A DNA stretch of 15,256 nt from a virus: UHGV virus genome UHGV-0159580; one strand, 5' to 3'. How positions within the stretch are numbered: the stretch's first letter is position 1; each line of letters opens with the position of its first letter. This document shows, piece after piece, positions 1-7,790 of the stretch. Below the pieces are notes generated by a model. It was not told the DNA's origin. It did not search any database and was given only the letters and a program-made list of their open reading frames with translations. The translations under genes and the position numbers were made by a program.

Positions 1-435
1 TAAGTACTCTTTGTAGTTGTACAGTCGCTTTGTTAATGTGCACTCTTTGTCAAAATCAAACCGCAAGTCAGTTGTCAACGTAAATTTGCGCACACTTGAC
101 AAACACCATGCCTTGAATGCATTCCACAGAACATCTTGCTGAAATTCTGAGCAATGCTCAAGAGCAGCCTTTGAGCCCTGCCAGAATATTGCGCAATCAT
201 CTGATTTTGCGCACTTCAGCATATCTTGCCATGCATGTATGCTGTTGATAATATGCACCTTATCATGCACAAGCTCATCAAGTGTTGCATGTTTGTTCTC
301 AGGGTCGCCAAACACGTATACAGCATCAAACATTGTCTGCACAAAACCTGCAAATGCGATGGGTTCTGTATGTTTAAGATGCTGTATGTCTGAACGTACG
401 CATGTGTCAAATTTCAAAATGAAGAGTTTGCTCAT
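1..435 (-). CDS. Hypothetical protein, partial (C-terminal part lies beyond the window's left edge); not in the ORF track
   Basis: Manual translation of the minus strand shows one frame open from ATG at 435..433 to position 1 with no stop (about 145 codons, MSKLFILKFDTCVRSDIQHLKHTEPIAFAGFVQTMFDAVYVFGDPENKH...KRLYNYKEYL). Composition is protein-like. It overlaps the dCMP deaminase 3' end by 29 nt; an internal ATG at 333..331 would give a non-overlapping start. It competes with the Cys-rich 64-aa ORF 216..410. Confidence 0.45.
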   Translation of the reverse strand, partial: MSKLFILKFDTCVRSDIQHLKHTEPIAFAGFVQTMFDAVYVFGDPENKHATLDELVHDKVHIINSIHAWQDMLKCAKSDDCAIFWQGSKAALEHCSEFQQDVLWNAFKAWCLSSVRKFTLTTDLRFDFDKECTLTKRLYNYKEYL

Positions 436-1132
436 ATGCTTTGCAATTATCTATTACATGTTGATATTGTACTTCATCTATGATGTGATTTGCAATGACA
501 CCATATGAAGTGTCATACATTGGCATCTTCTCATATGACAACGCTGCGTCAAGATTGCATATCACATAATTGCAATGCGCAATGTCATCTACATTGTCAC
601 TAACTGCTACGATATTGACGCAATTTGCAAGAAATGCATCATCAAAGTCTACTTGATTGCATGCAACTTCATAATCTGCAGCGCTTCTTGGGTACCAATA
701 TAACTCAATGCCAGCGCTACTAAGTAGTCGCAAGCCATCTATGTGATGATACAAGTCAACAAAATGCACTTGCTTAACACCTGCTTGCAAAATGAGCTTT
801 GCACAATCAATGCATGGACTGTATGTTACATACAACACGGCGTCGTTTGCAGTTGCATTGCCATATTTGCATAGCTTCATCAATGCATTTGATTCTGCAT
901 GCAAAACTTCTTTGTTGGTTTTGATACCTGCTGATGTTGCATGCTCACAACAATTTGACATACCAGTTGGCATGCCATTATAGCCATCTGAAATTATGCA
1001 GCCATCTTTTACAAGCAATGCGCCAACTTTTGCTCGCTGAGCATGTGAATTTAATGACCAGAGCTCAGCCATTTTAAGATATATGAGATTTCGTTGAAAC
1101 CACTTCGTTTCAGACCAAGTTAGCCATTTCAT
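407..1132 (-). CDS. Deoxycytidylate (dCMP) deaminase, cytidine/dCMP deaminase zinc-binding family, with a C-terminal extension of about 90 aa of unknown function
   Basis: Complete ORF with ATG start. Carries the zinc-ligand motifs of the CMP/dCMP deaminase fold: HAESNAL (H-A-E) and SPCIDCAK (PCxxC), preceded by VGALLVKDGCIISDGYNGMPTG, typical of dCMP deaminases. Confidence 0.8.
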   Translation of the reverse strand: MKWLTWSETKWFQRNLIYLKMAELWSLNSHAQRAKVGALLVKDGCIISDGYNGMPTGMSNCCEHATSAGIKTNKEVLHAESNALMKLCKYGNATANDAVLYVTYSPCIDCAKLILQAGVKQVHFVDLYHHIDGLRLLSSAGIELYWYPRSAADYEVACNQVDFDDAFLANCVNIVAVSDNVDDIAHCNYVICNLDAALSYEKMPMYDTSYGVIANHIIDEVQYQHVIDNCKAYEQTLHFEI

Positions 1133-1136
1133 ATGC

Positions 1137-2525
1137 TTACAGCGAATTTATGATTTTGCTGAAGTCTGCTACAATGTTTGAATGTAGCTCAATGAGATAG
1201 TCGTCTTGCAATGTCATAAGCTCATCAAGTTCATCTACACTTAATGACTTGAAGACTTCTGCACAATGCTTAGCGTTTTTGATGCTTGCAACTTTGTGAT
1301 GCTTAATGAAATCAGGGCACACACAGTCATTCACATACATACAAGGCAAGCCTGCAAGCATTGATTCAATTGCTCTGAATGTAATTGCGTTGCATTGTTT
1401 CATATTCTCTTCACATACGACGTATGCAAAGTCGAACTGTGACAAGTATGTTAGCATATCAAAATACTTAACTGTGCCATCATAGACATGCGGCATATCA
1501 ATGTCGATATTGCCGACAACATGAGTTTCGATGTCTGCGCAGCCAAGCAAATCAATGATGTCTTGTTTACGTTCAGCACACATATCATTCCAAGCCACCA
1601 TCGGCATTGCAGTAGTTAACTTGCCTGATTGCAATTTTGCTAAATGTTTTTCGTTATGCGATGCATACAATGGAATGCCTTCAAGTCTTGCATGCTGAAT
1701 TGCATTGACGTTGATTTCTGTCAACATTGACAACGCATTATGCATGTTCTGCGCTTGTGTGACAATTGTCATCTTTTTGCAGTGCAATCTAAAGTTTGCA
1801 ATGTGTGGCACGAGTCGTAAATCATACCACAACCATACAATGTCACCCTTCCATGATTCAATGAGCTGCTTGTGCTGTTTGTAGATGACTGACTGACTCA
1901 TCGAGTCATTCATTGCTGAGCATACAATGTACAACACACCGTATTTGTCAATTGAGTGTTGCACATAGTCAACTGAGCAGCATAGCACATCTTTGTCGAA
2001 AAGTTTTGGGTCATGCACTTCTGCATCATCTACAATAAGATGTGCCTTGTATTGATGCTGCTTTGTTGCATCAATGATGCGAGCAATTGCAAAACATTCT
2101 CTACTTTGAATGTCTGTCTTATCTTGTCGTGGTTGGTCTTGTGTTCGTACAGGATACGCAGGCTTAAGTATTACGGGCACAAAATGCGTTTTTGCAGAAT
2201 ATGGCACATCTGCAGCAGCAAACTCCGCGTTGCATCGTCGTGAATGTAGATGTCGTGCATATGATTGCAACAATGCATGAATCATTGCAATGTACTCTTC
2301 CAATTCAAACACCTCGTGTTCAGTTGCGTTTGTTATGTCGACTACGACATTTTGTCGCACAATTGGATATACACAAATAGCATAGTCATTGTATGTCAGT
2401 GGAATGCCTATAAATGCTGTGCATTTGCTTCTAAGCCATACAATGCAATCAGCATCAAACACAATCTCATATTGCTGCTGCAAAGCATTTAATTGCGCTA
2501 TAATCAAATCATTGTGCATGTTCAT
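1137..2525 (-). CDS. Glycosyltransferase-like protein (GT-B fold, GT4-like C-terminal donor-binding motif); substrate unknown
   Basis: 462-aa ORF with ATG start, 4-nt gap to the downstream dCMP deaminase. The C-terminal region CEENMKQCNAITFRAIESMLAGLPCMYVND closely resembles the GT4/GT-B signature E-x7-E, roughly EGFGLxxLEAMAxGxPVI. The N-terminal half is unassigned. Confidence 0.5.
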   Translation of the reverse strand: MNMHNDLIIAQLNALQQQYEIVFDADCIVWLRSKCTAFIGIPLTYNDYAICVYPIVRQNVVVDITNATEHEVFELEEYIAMIHALLQSYARHLHSRRCNAEFAAADVPYSAKTHFVPVILKPAYPVRTQDQPRQDKTDIQSRECFAIARIIDATKQHQYKAHLIVDDAEVHDPKLFDKDVLCCSVDYVQHSIDKYGVLYIVCSAMNDSMSQSVIYKQHKQLIESWKGDIVWLWYDLRLVPHIANFRLHCKKMTIVTQAQNMHNALSMLTEINVNAIQHARLEGIPLYASHNEKHLAKLQSGKLTTAMPMVAWNDMCAERKQDIIDLLGCADIETHVVGNIDIDMPHVYDGTVKYFDMLTYLSQFDFAYVVCEENMKQCNAITFRAIESMLAGLPCMYVNDCVCPDFIKHHKVASIKNAKHCAEVFKSLSVDELDELMTLQDDYLIELHSNIVADFSKIINSL

Positions 2526-2563
2526 ATTGTTTTATCATATATGAATATATTGTACAACACAAA

Positions 2564-2577
2564 GTGCATACTTGCAC
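2564..2577. promoter_or_regulatory. Inverted repeat GTGCA-N4-TGCAC in a non-coding gap (candidate operator or promoter-associated site)
   Basis: gtgcaTACTtgcac at 2564..2577. The same half-site arrangement recurs at the centre of the 32-bp palindrome at 14622..14653. Confidence 0.25.
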
Positions 2578-2626
2578 GTTGTGTTGCTAAAAATGTCACC
2601 ATTGTACAACATGTATTGAGCTTTTG

Positions 2627-2663
2627 CACACAAAACAAGCAGACTGCAATTGCAGCCTGCTTG
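2627..2663 (-). terminator. Rho-independent terminator candidate for the minus-strand transcript downstream of CDS 2713..3258
   Basis: On the minus strand, CAAGCAGGCTGC-AATT-GCAGTCTGCTTG forms a 12-bp stem (one G-U pair) with a 4-nt loop, immediately followed by UUUUGUGUG. It lies in the 187-bp gap 2526..2712. Confidence 0.5.
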
Positions 2664-2712
2664 CACTTGTTTACTAACCCTTAAAATCAATGACACTATG
2701 TCAATGTCATTT

Positions 2713-3258
2713 TTACTTTGCGTCTGCTTCTTGCAATTCAGCTTCAGCAGTCTTTTCAGCGAGCTCAGCTTGCTTGCGCTTGTCAATTTCCTGCAAACAT
2801 GCGTCAAGTGCAGTGGCGTTTTCACGATACTGCTCATCGAACTTCTGCACTTCTGCTGCAGGAGCCTCAAGCAGATTGTTGAGCGAATCCAGTGCTGCAG
2901 CAACCTGAGCGCCCTTGAACTTTGTCGTTGATACTGCACGAACAATGTACTTGAACTCGAAGATGCCCATAGTGCTTCGTCCTTTTGCAGCGTCAGTAGC
3001 CCATGCAGCAAATGCGACAACGTCACGCATAAGTCGCATATCAAACTCAAGCTGCGGCAAAACAAGTTCGCACACATTACGTGCAACAGACTTAAGCAGC
3101 TCGCCATCAGTTGTGACAATCATCTGCATTGACTGCGATTTGTCTTCGAGTTCTTTTCGAGCTTCGCTGAGCGACTTTTCAAGTGCTTTCAGCTGCTCCA
3201 TTGTCATGTCTTTGAGTTCAGTTGCAGGCTTTGCTGCAACAGCATTTTTCTTTGCCAT
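2713..3258 (-). CDS. Hypothetical protein, Ala/Glu/Lys-rich with predicted coiled-coil termini
   Basis: 181-aa ORF with ATG start (MAKKNAVAAKP...) and protein-like composition. Preferred over the overlapping 2535..3119 ORF, which is Ser/Leu-rich low complexity. Confidence 0.7.
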   Translation of the reverse strand: MAKKNAVAAKPATELKDMTMEQLKALEKSLSEARKELEDKSQSMQMIVTTDGELLKSVARNVCELVLPQLEFDMRLMRDVVAFAAWATDAAKGRSTMGIFEFKYIVRAVSTTKFKGAQVAAALDSLNNLLEAPAAEVQKFDEQYRENATALDACLQEIDKRKQAELAEKTAEAELQEADAK

Positions 3259-3271
3259 ACGAATAAATGTG

Positions 3272-3823
3272 TTATGAGATGATTTTGATGATTGTTAATG
3301 CTAACGCCGTTAAGCACATTGCACTTAACAGAATCTTCCATATTACAGCAGAACGTCTTAGCAATCGCAAGGGCTGTTCTTCTGCATATGCAAGATATTC
3401 GAGTTCAGCAACATTTGACATCACTGTTCTAATGATGCCATTGCCGGTGTAGTTATGTCGAAGTGTTACGACATCAAGCAGATTGTTTTGCACAAGTTGA
3501 TTGAAGACAGGTTCCATGCGTTCATGCATGATGTGCTCAACAATTGCGACTGAGTCAAGCGCTTCAAATTCTGTGCCTTGTATTGTTGCAATGACTTCGG
3601 CAGGGAGCTGCGTATGCACAATGAAGCATCGTTGTTCATTGAACAATGCAAATCCACTGTTCTTCAAAAATGTCAAAAAGTACTCATGTTCAGGGTCATT
3701 CAGATAGTCAAGCAGATATTGATGCCACTTGTTAGCTTCTGCATCAAGCTTGTTTAGACGTCGAATGACACCAAATGGCCATAAAGCCAATTTGGCATTG
3801 TGGAGGATGGTTTTGTAGTTCAT
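3272..3823 (-). CDS. Hypothetical protein with a hydrophobic C-terminal segment (possible membrane anchor)
   Basis: The ORF-track start at 3832 is a TTG; the first in-frame ATG is at 3823..3821 (MNYKTILHNAK...). The C-terminus ...AVIWKILLSAMCLTALALTIIKIIS is hydrophobic. Confidence 0.65.
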   Translation of the reverse strand: MNYKTILHNAKLALWPFGVIRRLNKLDAEANKWHQYLLDYLNDPEHEYFLTFLKNSGFALFNEQRCFIVHTQLPAEVIATIQGTEFEALDSVAIVEHIMHERMEPVFNQLVQNNLLDVVTLRHNYTGNGIIRTVMSNVAELEYLAYAEEQPLRLLRRSAVIWKILLSAMCLTALALTIIKIIS

Positions 3824-3828
3824 ATGTG

Positions 3829-4827
3829 TCAATGTTCAAGATGACATGCGCCATTCTGACAGCCTGTATTGCCATCTGACACGCTTGCAAGATTTGCATT
3901 GCTGCCACTACCAGCAGCTTTGCCAGCATTGCCAGATGAGCCAACAATGCTTATGAGTCTACTGTCAGACATTGCAGAGCCTGCATTAGCTGAACCTGAT
4001 TTGCTTGGCAATGATATTCTGGCTTCATCATAGTTGCCGCCGAAAGTGATGTTCAAGTCAAGTGTAGAATCATCACTGTCAATATCAATGTTGTGCTCGT
4101 AGTCTGTGATGATGTCATCGCCAGCCCATATGTTATCACCAGAATTGATTGCAGGATATTGCAAGTGCAGTGTCAATGGCAGCTTAATGACTGCATCAAT
4201 ATCTTCTTTGCCATGCACAATTGCATGCTGAGCATCCATAGAAGACACATCAAATTCATATGATGCGCCATGCATGGTGCCTGCCCAGACAAAGCCATAC
4301 ATGTTCAACTGATACAGCTTGCTAAGTAAATACTCGTAAGTCTCAAGCGCAGTTAACCAATCTGTTGAAAACACTTGCACATTGATAGCAAAATCTACTG
4401 GTATTCGTCTCATTGTGCTATACAATGCGACAGGCACACTGTCAATTGTGGCAATCAAACGAATCTGTGTATCTTGCATGCCAAGTGCTTGTTTGTTGAT
4501 TCGAGGCGACTCTACTTCAACAACACATCGCGGCACAGTTTGAACAAAGTTCTTTGCGTCAACAAATGCATTTTCAAGTGAATTTGTTGGTGTATTGCCA
4601 ACTGGACTTGAGCCTTTGCCAACAAGTTCACCCGACCAATATCGTTGGTCACCAGTGCTCAGCATGTATGTCGGCATATTCAGACGAGCATATAAATCAG
4701 ACAACAGGCCAATAAATGCATTACGAAAGAAGTGCTGAAATGTCACGTCTTTTGCATTGACTTGCTGTTTGATTGCAGCTTGAGCTGATTTCAGCTCAGC
4801 TGAGCTCCTGTTCAGTGAATCTTTCAT
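3829..4827 (-). CDS. Hypothetical protein with a Gly/Ser/Asn/Ala-rich C-terminal tail
   Basis: 332-aa ORF with ATG start and an ATGA overlap with the upstream gene. The low-complexity tail is SGSANAGSAMSDS...SSGNAGKAAGSGSNANLASVSDGNTG. Confidence 0.75.
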   Translation of the reverse strand: MKDSLNRSSAELKSAQAAIKQQVNAKDVTFQHFFRNAFIGLLSDLYARLNMPTYMLSTGDQRYWSGELVGKGSSPVGNTPTNSLENAFVDAKNFVQTVPRCVVEVESPRINKQALGMQDTQIRLIATIDSVPVALYSTMRRIPVDFAINVQVFSTDWLTALETYEYLLSKLYQLNMYGFVWAGTMHGASYEFDVSSMDAQHAIVHGKEDIDAVIKLPLTLHLQYPAINSGDNIWAGDDIITDYEHNIDIDSDDSTLDLNITFGGNYDEARISLPSKSGSANAGSAMSDSRLISIVGSSGNAGKAAGSGSNANLASVSDGNTGCQNGACHLEH

Positions 4828-5258
4828 TGGTCAAGCATATCATTAGCAGCTTTTTGCTGCATAACGAGTTTTAGCAAAGCGTCATTGCCCTGTGATTCAA
4901 GCATGTCTTTAGCTATGATGAGCTTGTTTGTGTATGACAACTGGTCCCAACAAAGCTTTGTGTCAAGCTCATAATACGTGTTGATTGCATCAAACACATC
5001 GATAAGCTGCAAAGCGCTTTTTGTTAACGCAGCGCATTTTGCGATGCACTCATTGTACTTTGTTGGCTCAATGAACTTGTATTTGCGAAGTCTTATTCTA
5101 ATGTACCTGTGATACGAAGACTTTTGCAAAAACTGTTCTATTGTAGATGTTGCTGATGCTACTACAGTGTCATCATTGATTGAAAGCTTGTCGTATTTGA
5201 TTTCAAACCGCTCAAGTTCAGTAGATAGCCATTCATTGTCAAATATCGACTTGCCCAT
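4824..5258 (-). CDS. Hypothetical protein
   Basis: 144-aa ORF with ATG start; its stop overlaps the next start (ATGA at 4824-4827). Confidence 0.7.
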   Translation of the reverse strand: MGKSIFDNEWLSTELERFEIKYDKLSINDDTVVASATSTIEQFLQKSSYHRYIRIRLRKYKFIEPTKYNECIAKCAALTKSALQLIDVFDAINTYYELDTKLCWDQLSYTNKLIIAKDMLESQGNDALLKLVMQQKAANDMLDQ

Positions 5259-5282
5259 AGCGTATAAACTGCTTGTAGTGTG

Positions 5283-5651
5283 TTATTGCATATTGTCGAC
5301 AATCAGCTGTTCAAGTGCAGTAGCTGACAATGCGCCAGTTGCACGGCCAACTTCAATGCAATCACGAAAGACAATTGTCGTTGGTACTGAACGAACATTG
5401 TGAGTGCTATCAAGCTCATCGCACTCTTCAACATTCACTTCAGCAAATGTCACTTTGCCATTGAATTTCTTTTCAGTTGACTCGAAAATTGGCGCATAAC
5501 CTTGACAAGGCACACACCATGGCGCACTGAACTTCACTACAACGAGTGGATTGTTTGCAAGTGCTCGAGCCATTTCGGCTTTATGTTTGAGTTGCAGCAT
5601 ATCTTTTTTTATGTTTGTTGTTGACAATATATGTATATTTGCATTACGCAT
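5283..5651 (-). CDS. Thioredoxin (thioredoxin fold with a CVPC active site)
   Basis: FSAPWCVPCQGYAPIFE matches the thioredoxin WCGPC region with Gly replaced by Val. The C-terminal VRSVPTTIVFRDCIEVGRATGALSATALEQLI matches the thioredoxin cis-Pro and Gly region (E. coli GIRGIPTLLLFKNGEV...GALSK). The start at 5651 overlaps the upstream gene by 8 nt; an internal ATG at 5600 is possible. Confidence 0.85.
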   Translation of the reverse strand: MRNANIHILSTTNIKKDMLQLKHKAEMARALANNPLVVVKFSAPWCVPCQGYAPIFESTEKKFNGKVTFAEVNVEECDELDSTHNVRSVPTTIVFRDCIEVGRATGALSATALEQLIVDNMQ

Positions 5652-6099
5652 CGTCTTCTACAGCAAGAACAGCTTCAAGCAATCTTGAAGTGCCTTTGCT
5701 AATGCTCTTATCTTTGACGTTGGTGAGCTTTTTAAGGTCATACTGCATGATGCGCTCAAGCTTCTTTGCATGCTTGACTATGTCAGCATCTTTAGCACGC
5801 AATGCTTTTGCAATTTGTGCAGCAAAGATGCGCTTGTAAATGTCAAGTTCTACGAAATCTGCTGCTTTGATGCCCTGTTCTTTGTACAACTCAGTCAACG
5901 CTAAACCAAACTGATTTGATGCTCTGTCAAAATCAACTTTTGTTGCGGGCTGTTGTGTTGCATTTGCTGCAGCTTGAATTCGCTTTGTTACAAGCAAATA
6001 CGTGTCAAACACGCCTTTGAGGTATCGCTGCTCTACTACAGGCCGCAGCATTTCTTTGACTTCAGTAGAATTGAACGGTTGCATATTGTTTGTTAGCAT
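5644..6099 (-). CDS. Hypothetical protein
   Basis: 151-aa ORF with ATG start and protein-like composition. Confidence 0.7.
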   Translation of the reverse strand: MLTNNMQPFNSTEVKEMLRPVVEQRYLKGVFDTYLLVTKRIQAAANATQQPATKVDFDRASNQFGLALTELYKEQGIKAADFVELDIYKRIFAAQIAKALRAKDADIVKHAKKLERIMQYDLKKLTNVKDKSISKGTSRLLEAVLAVEDDA

Positions 6100-6117
6100 T
6101 TATATTGATAATGTACA

Positions 6118-7713
6118 TCAAAGCTTGAATTTTTGCACTTTTGCATCTACTGGCATCTTTTCAGCGTCATAGATTCGTTTTCGAGCAGCAAAGTGTTGCA
6201 TGTCATAATTGCAGTAGCAATAGCCTTTGCGAAGCTTGACAAGCATATCACTGTGAATTGTAAGCTTATGTGCAATATCAATAATGATTGCTTTCTGCTT
6301 AAGTGGATGCTTACGCAACAGTCGACCAATTGACTGTAATGTTACGTTGTCAGATTTGCCAATCATTAAGAACGCAGCGTAAAACCAAGCATGCACAGAT
6401 ACACCTGTAGACAAAGTACCAGTAGTTGCAATCATGATATGTCTGTCAGGCTCTGCTTCCATCATTGCAAGCATATCTTTGCGTTCATGCAAGGGTACAT
6501 CACCTCTAATGATGTGAACAACCTTGTCAACACCAGACTGCTGTATGAATGTTTGGCAAGCATCATAGATGTTCTGCACATGGTCTCGTCGTTTGCAAAG
6601 TACAAGAGCATTTTTGTCAAGCGAACAAATGATTTTTGCAATGAGCTTGTTAGCATCGACGTAGTTCATGCAATGATGTTGTTCTGCTGGAAGCAGTCTT
6701 GCAGTGTTATCAAACACTTCAGGATGCTCTTCAAGATACTGCACAAATGGCGCATCGTATTCTGCTGAATGCTCAATGACTACTCGTTTGATTTCAAAGT
6801 CAGACACGATGTTCTTTTCGAGTGCTTGAGCTACACCAAATGTACCCAATATTGGCCCAATGTACGATTCAATTGTCAAACGAGCTGCAGTATGTTCAAG
6901 CGGCAATGAACCAGACACACCAAGACGATAATGAGCCTTTGTGCAATGACTGAAGATTTCACGAATTGATGCTGCAGGTGCACCATGAGCTTCATCAGTC
7001 ACAATAAAGTCAAACTGTTCGAAAAAATCTGCTGGCATATTGACAAGACTTTGATATGTGCCGACAACCATATCTGCATCTTGCATTTTGTACTCATTGC
7101 GAACGCCTGAATGGATTTTGTAGAGCTTGTAGTTCTTGTTTGCTAAATCTGACTCATTTTGTTGATAGCTGACAACAATATCGTCAAATGCTTGTGATAC
7201 AAGATGCACCGAGGGTACAATCATAAGCGTTTTGCCATTGATTCTCTTGCTATCTTTTAAGAAGCGACTAATTACATAAACAAGAGCTGTTTTGCCATAA
7301 GACGTCGCAAGGCGCAAACAGCATTTCTTGAATTTGCAAGCAGTCAAAATGAATTTGAGCTGGTCGTCACGCATGTCAAATGGCATGTCAAGACATTCTG
7401 CCCATTGCTCAAGTTCTTCAAGCGATACAATGCGGTCAAAATTGTCAATGAGACCCTCAATCTTGACTTCATATGGAATTGGCTTACGCAATTGTAGGTC
7501 CCAAATACGCTTCCATAAGCCAAATGGCAAGTACACGCCATTAAACACATAGCAAATTTGCCCATTCCAATCTGCTTTGCGACCTTTACGCTTATTGACT
7601 GCTGCTGCAACAAAGTTTGGCACTTCTGCAGTAGCTTCAGCATACAATTGCTTGACTTCCAAATCATTTGCTTCGACAATCTGAAGCAAATCACCTATGA
7701 CTTTGAGTCTCAT
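6118..7713 (-). CDS. Superfamily 2 DNA/RNA helicase (DEAD/DEAH-box type; UvsW-like role possible)
   Basis: Helicase motifs are present in canonical order: Walker A LATSYGKTAL, motif II VTDEAH, motif III GVSGSL, motif V IATTGTLSTGVSV and motif VI QSIGRLLR. An N-terminal domain of about 130 aa is unassigned. Confidence 0.85.
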   Translation of the reverse strand: MRLKVIGDLLQIVEANDLEVKQLYAEATAEVPNFVAAAVNKRKGRKADWNGQICYVFNGVYLPFGLWKRIWDLQLRKPIPYEVKIEGLIDNFDRIVSLEELEQWAECLDMPFDMRDDQLKFILTACKFKKCCLRLATSYGKTALVYVISRFLKDSKRINGKTLMIVPSVHLVSQAFDDIVVSYQQNESDLANKNYKLYKIHSGVRNEYKMQDADMVVGTYQSLVNMPADFFEQFDFIVTDEAHGAPAASIREIFSHCTKAHYRLGVSGSLPLEHTAARLTIESYIGPILGTFGVAQALEKNIVSDFEIKRVVIEHSAEYDAPFVQYLEEHPEVFDNTARLLPAEQHHCMNYVDANKLIAKIICSLDKNALVLCKRRDHVQNIYDACQTFIQQSGVDKVVHIIRGDVPLHERKDMLAMMEAEPDRHIMIATTGTLSTGVSVHAWFYAAFLMIGKSDNVTLQSIGRLLRKHPLKQKAIIIDIAHKLTIHSDMLVKLRKGYCYCNYDMQHFAARKRIYDAEKMPVDAKVQKFKL

Positions 7714-7720
7714 GACATGA

Positions 7721-7768
7721 CTTGTTAAATGAAAAGAGGCTCAGACAAACAATGTCTGTCTGAGCCTC
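7721..7768 (-). terminator. Hairpin plus U-tract (terminator or attenuator candidate) between the SSB-like gene and the helicase gene
   Basis: Perfect 12-bp stem gaggctcagaca (7736..7747) with tgtctgagcctc (7757..7768) and a 9-nt loop. On the minus strand it is followed by UUUUCAUUU (plus 7727..7735). Confidence 0.45.
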
Positions 7769-7790
7769 GAGCATCTTTGATGCACTTGTG

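Noticed and set aside
216-410. 64-aa Cys/His-rich minus-strand ORF with an ATGA overlap to the dCMP deaminase stop
   Set aside because: Composition is unusual and it conflicts with the longer open frame running 435..1, which looks more protein-like. A small Cys-rich protein cannot be fully excluded.
2535-3119. 194-aa minus-strand ORF overlapping CDS 2713..3258
   Set aside because: It is in a different frame over the same DNA and its translation is Ser/Leu/Cys-rich low complexity. The 2713..3258 frame has normal composition and an ATG in sensible context, and the terminator hairpin lies inside this ORF's 3' part.
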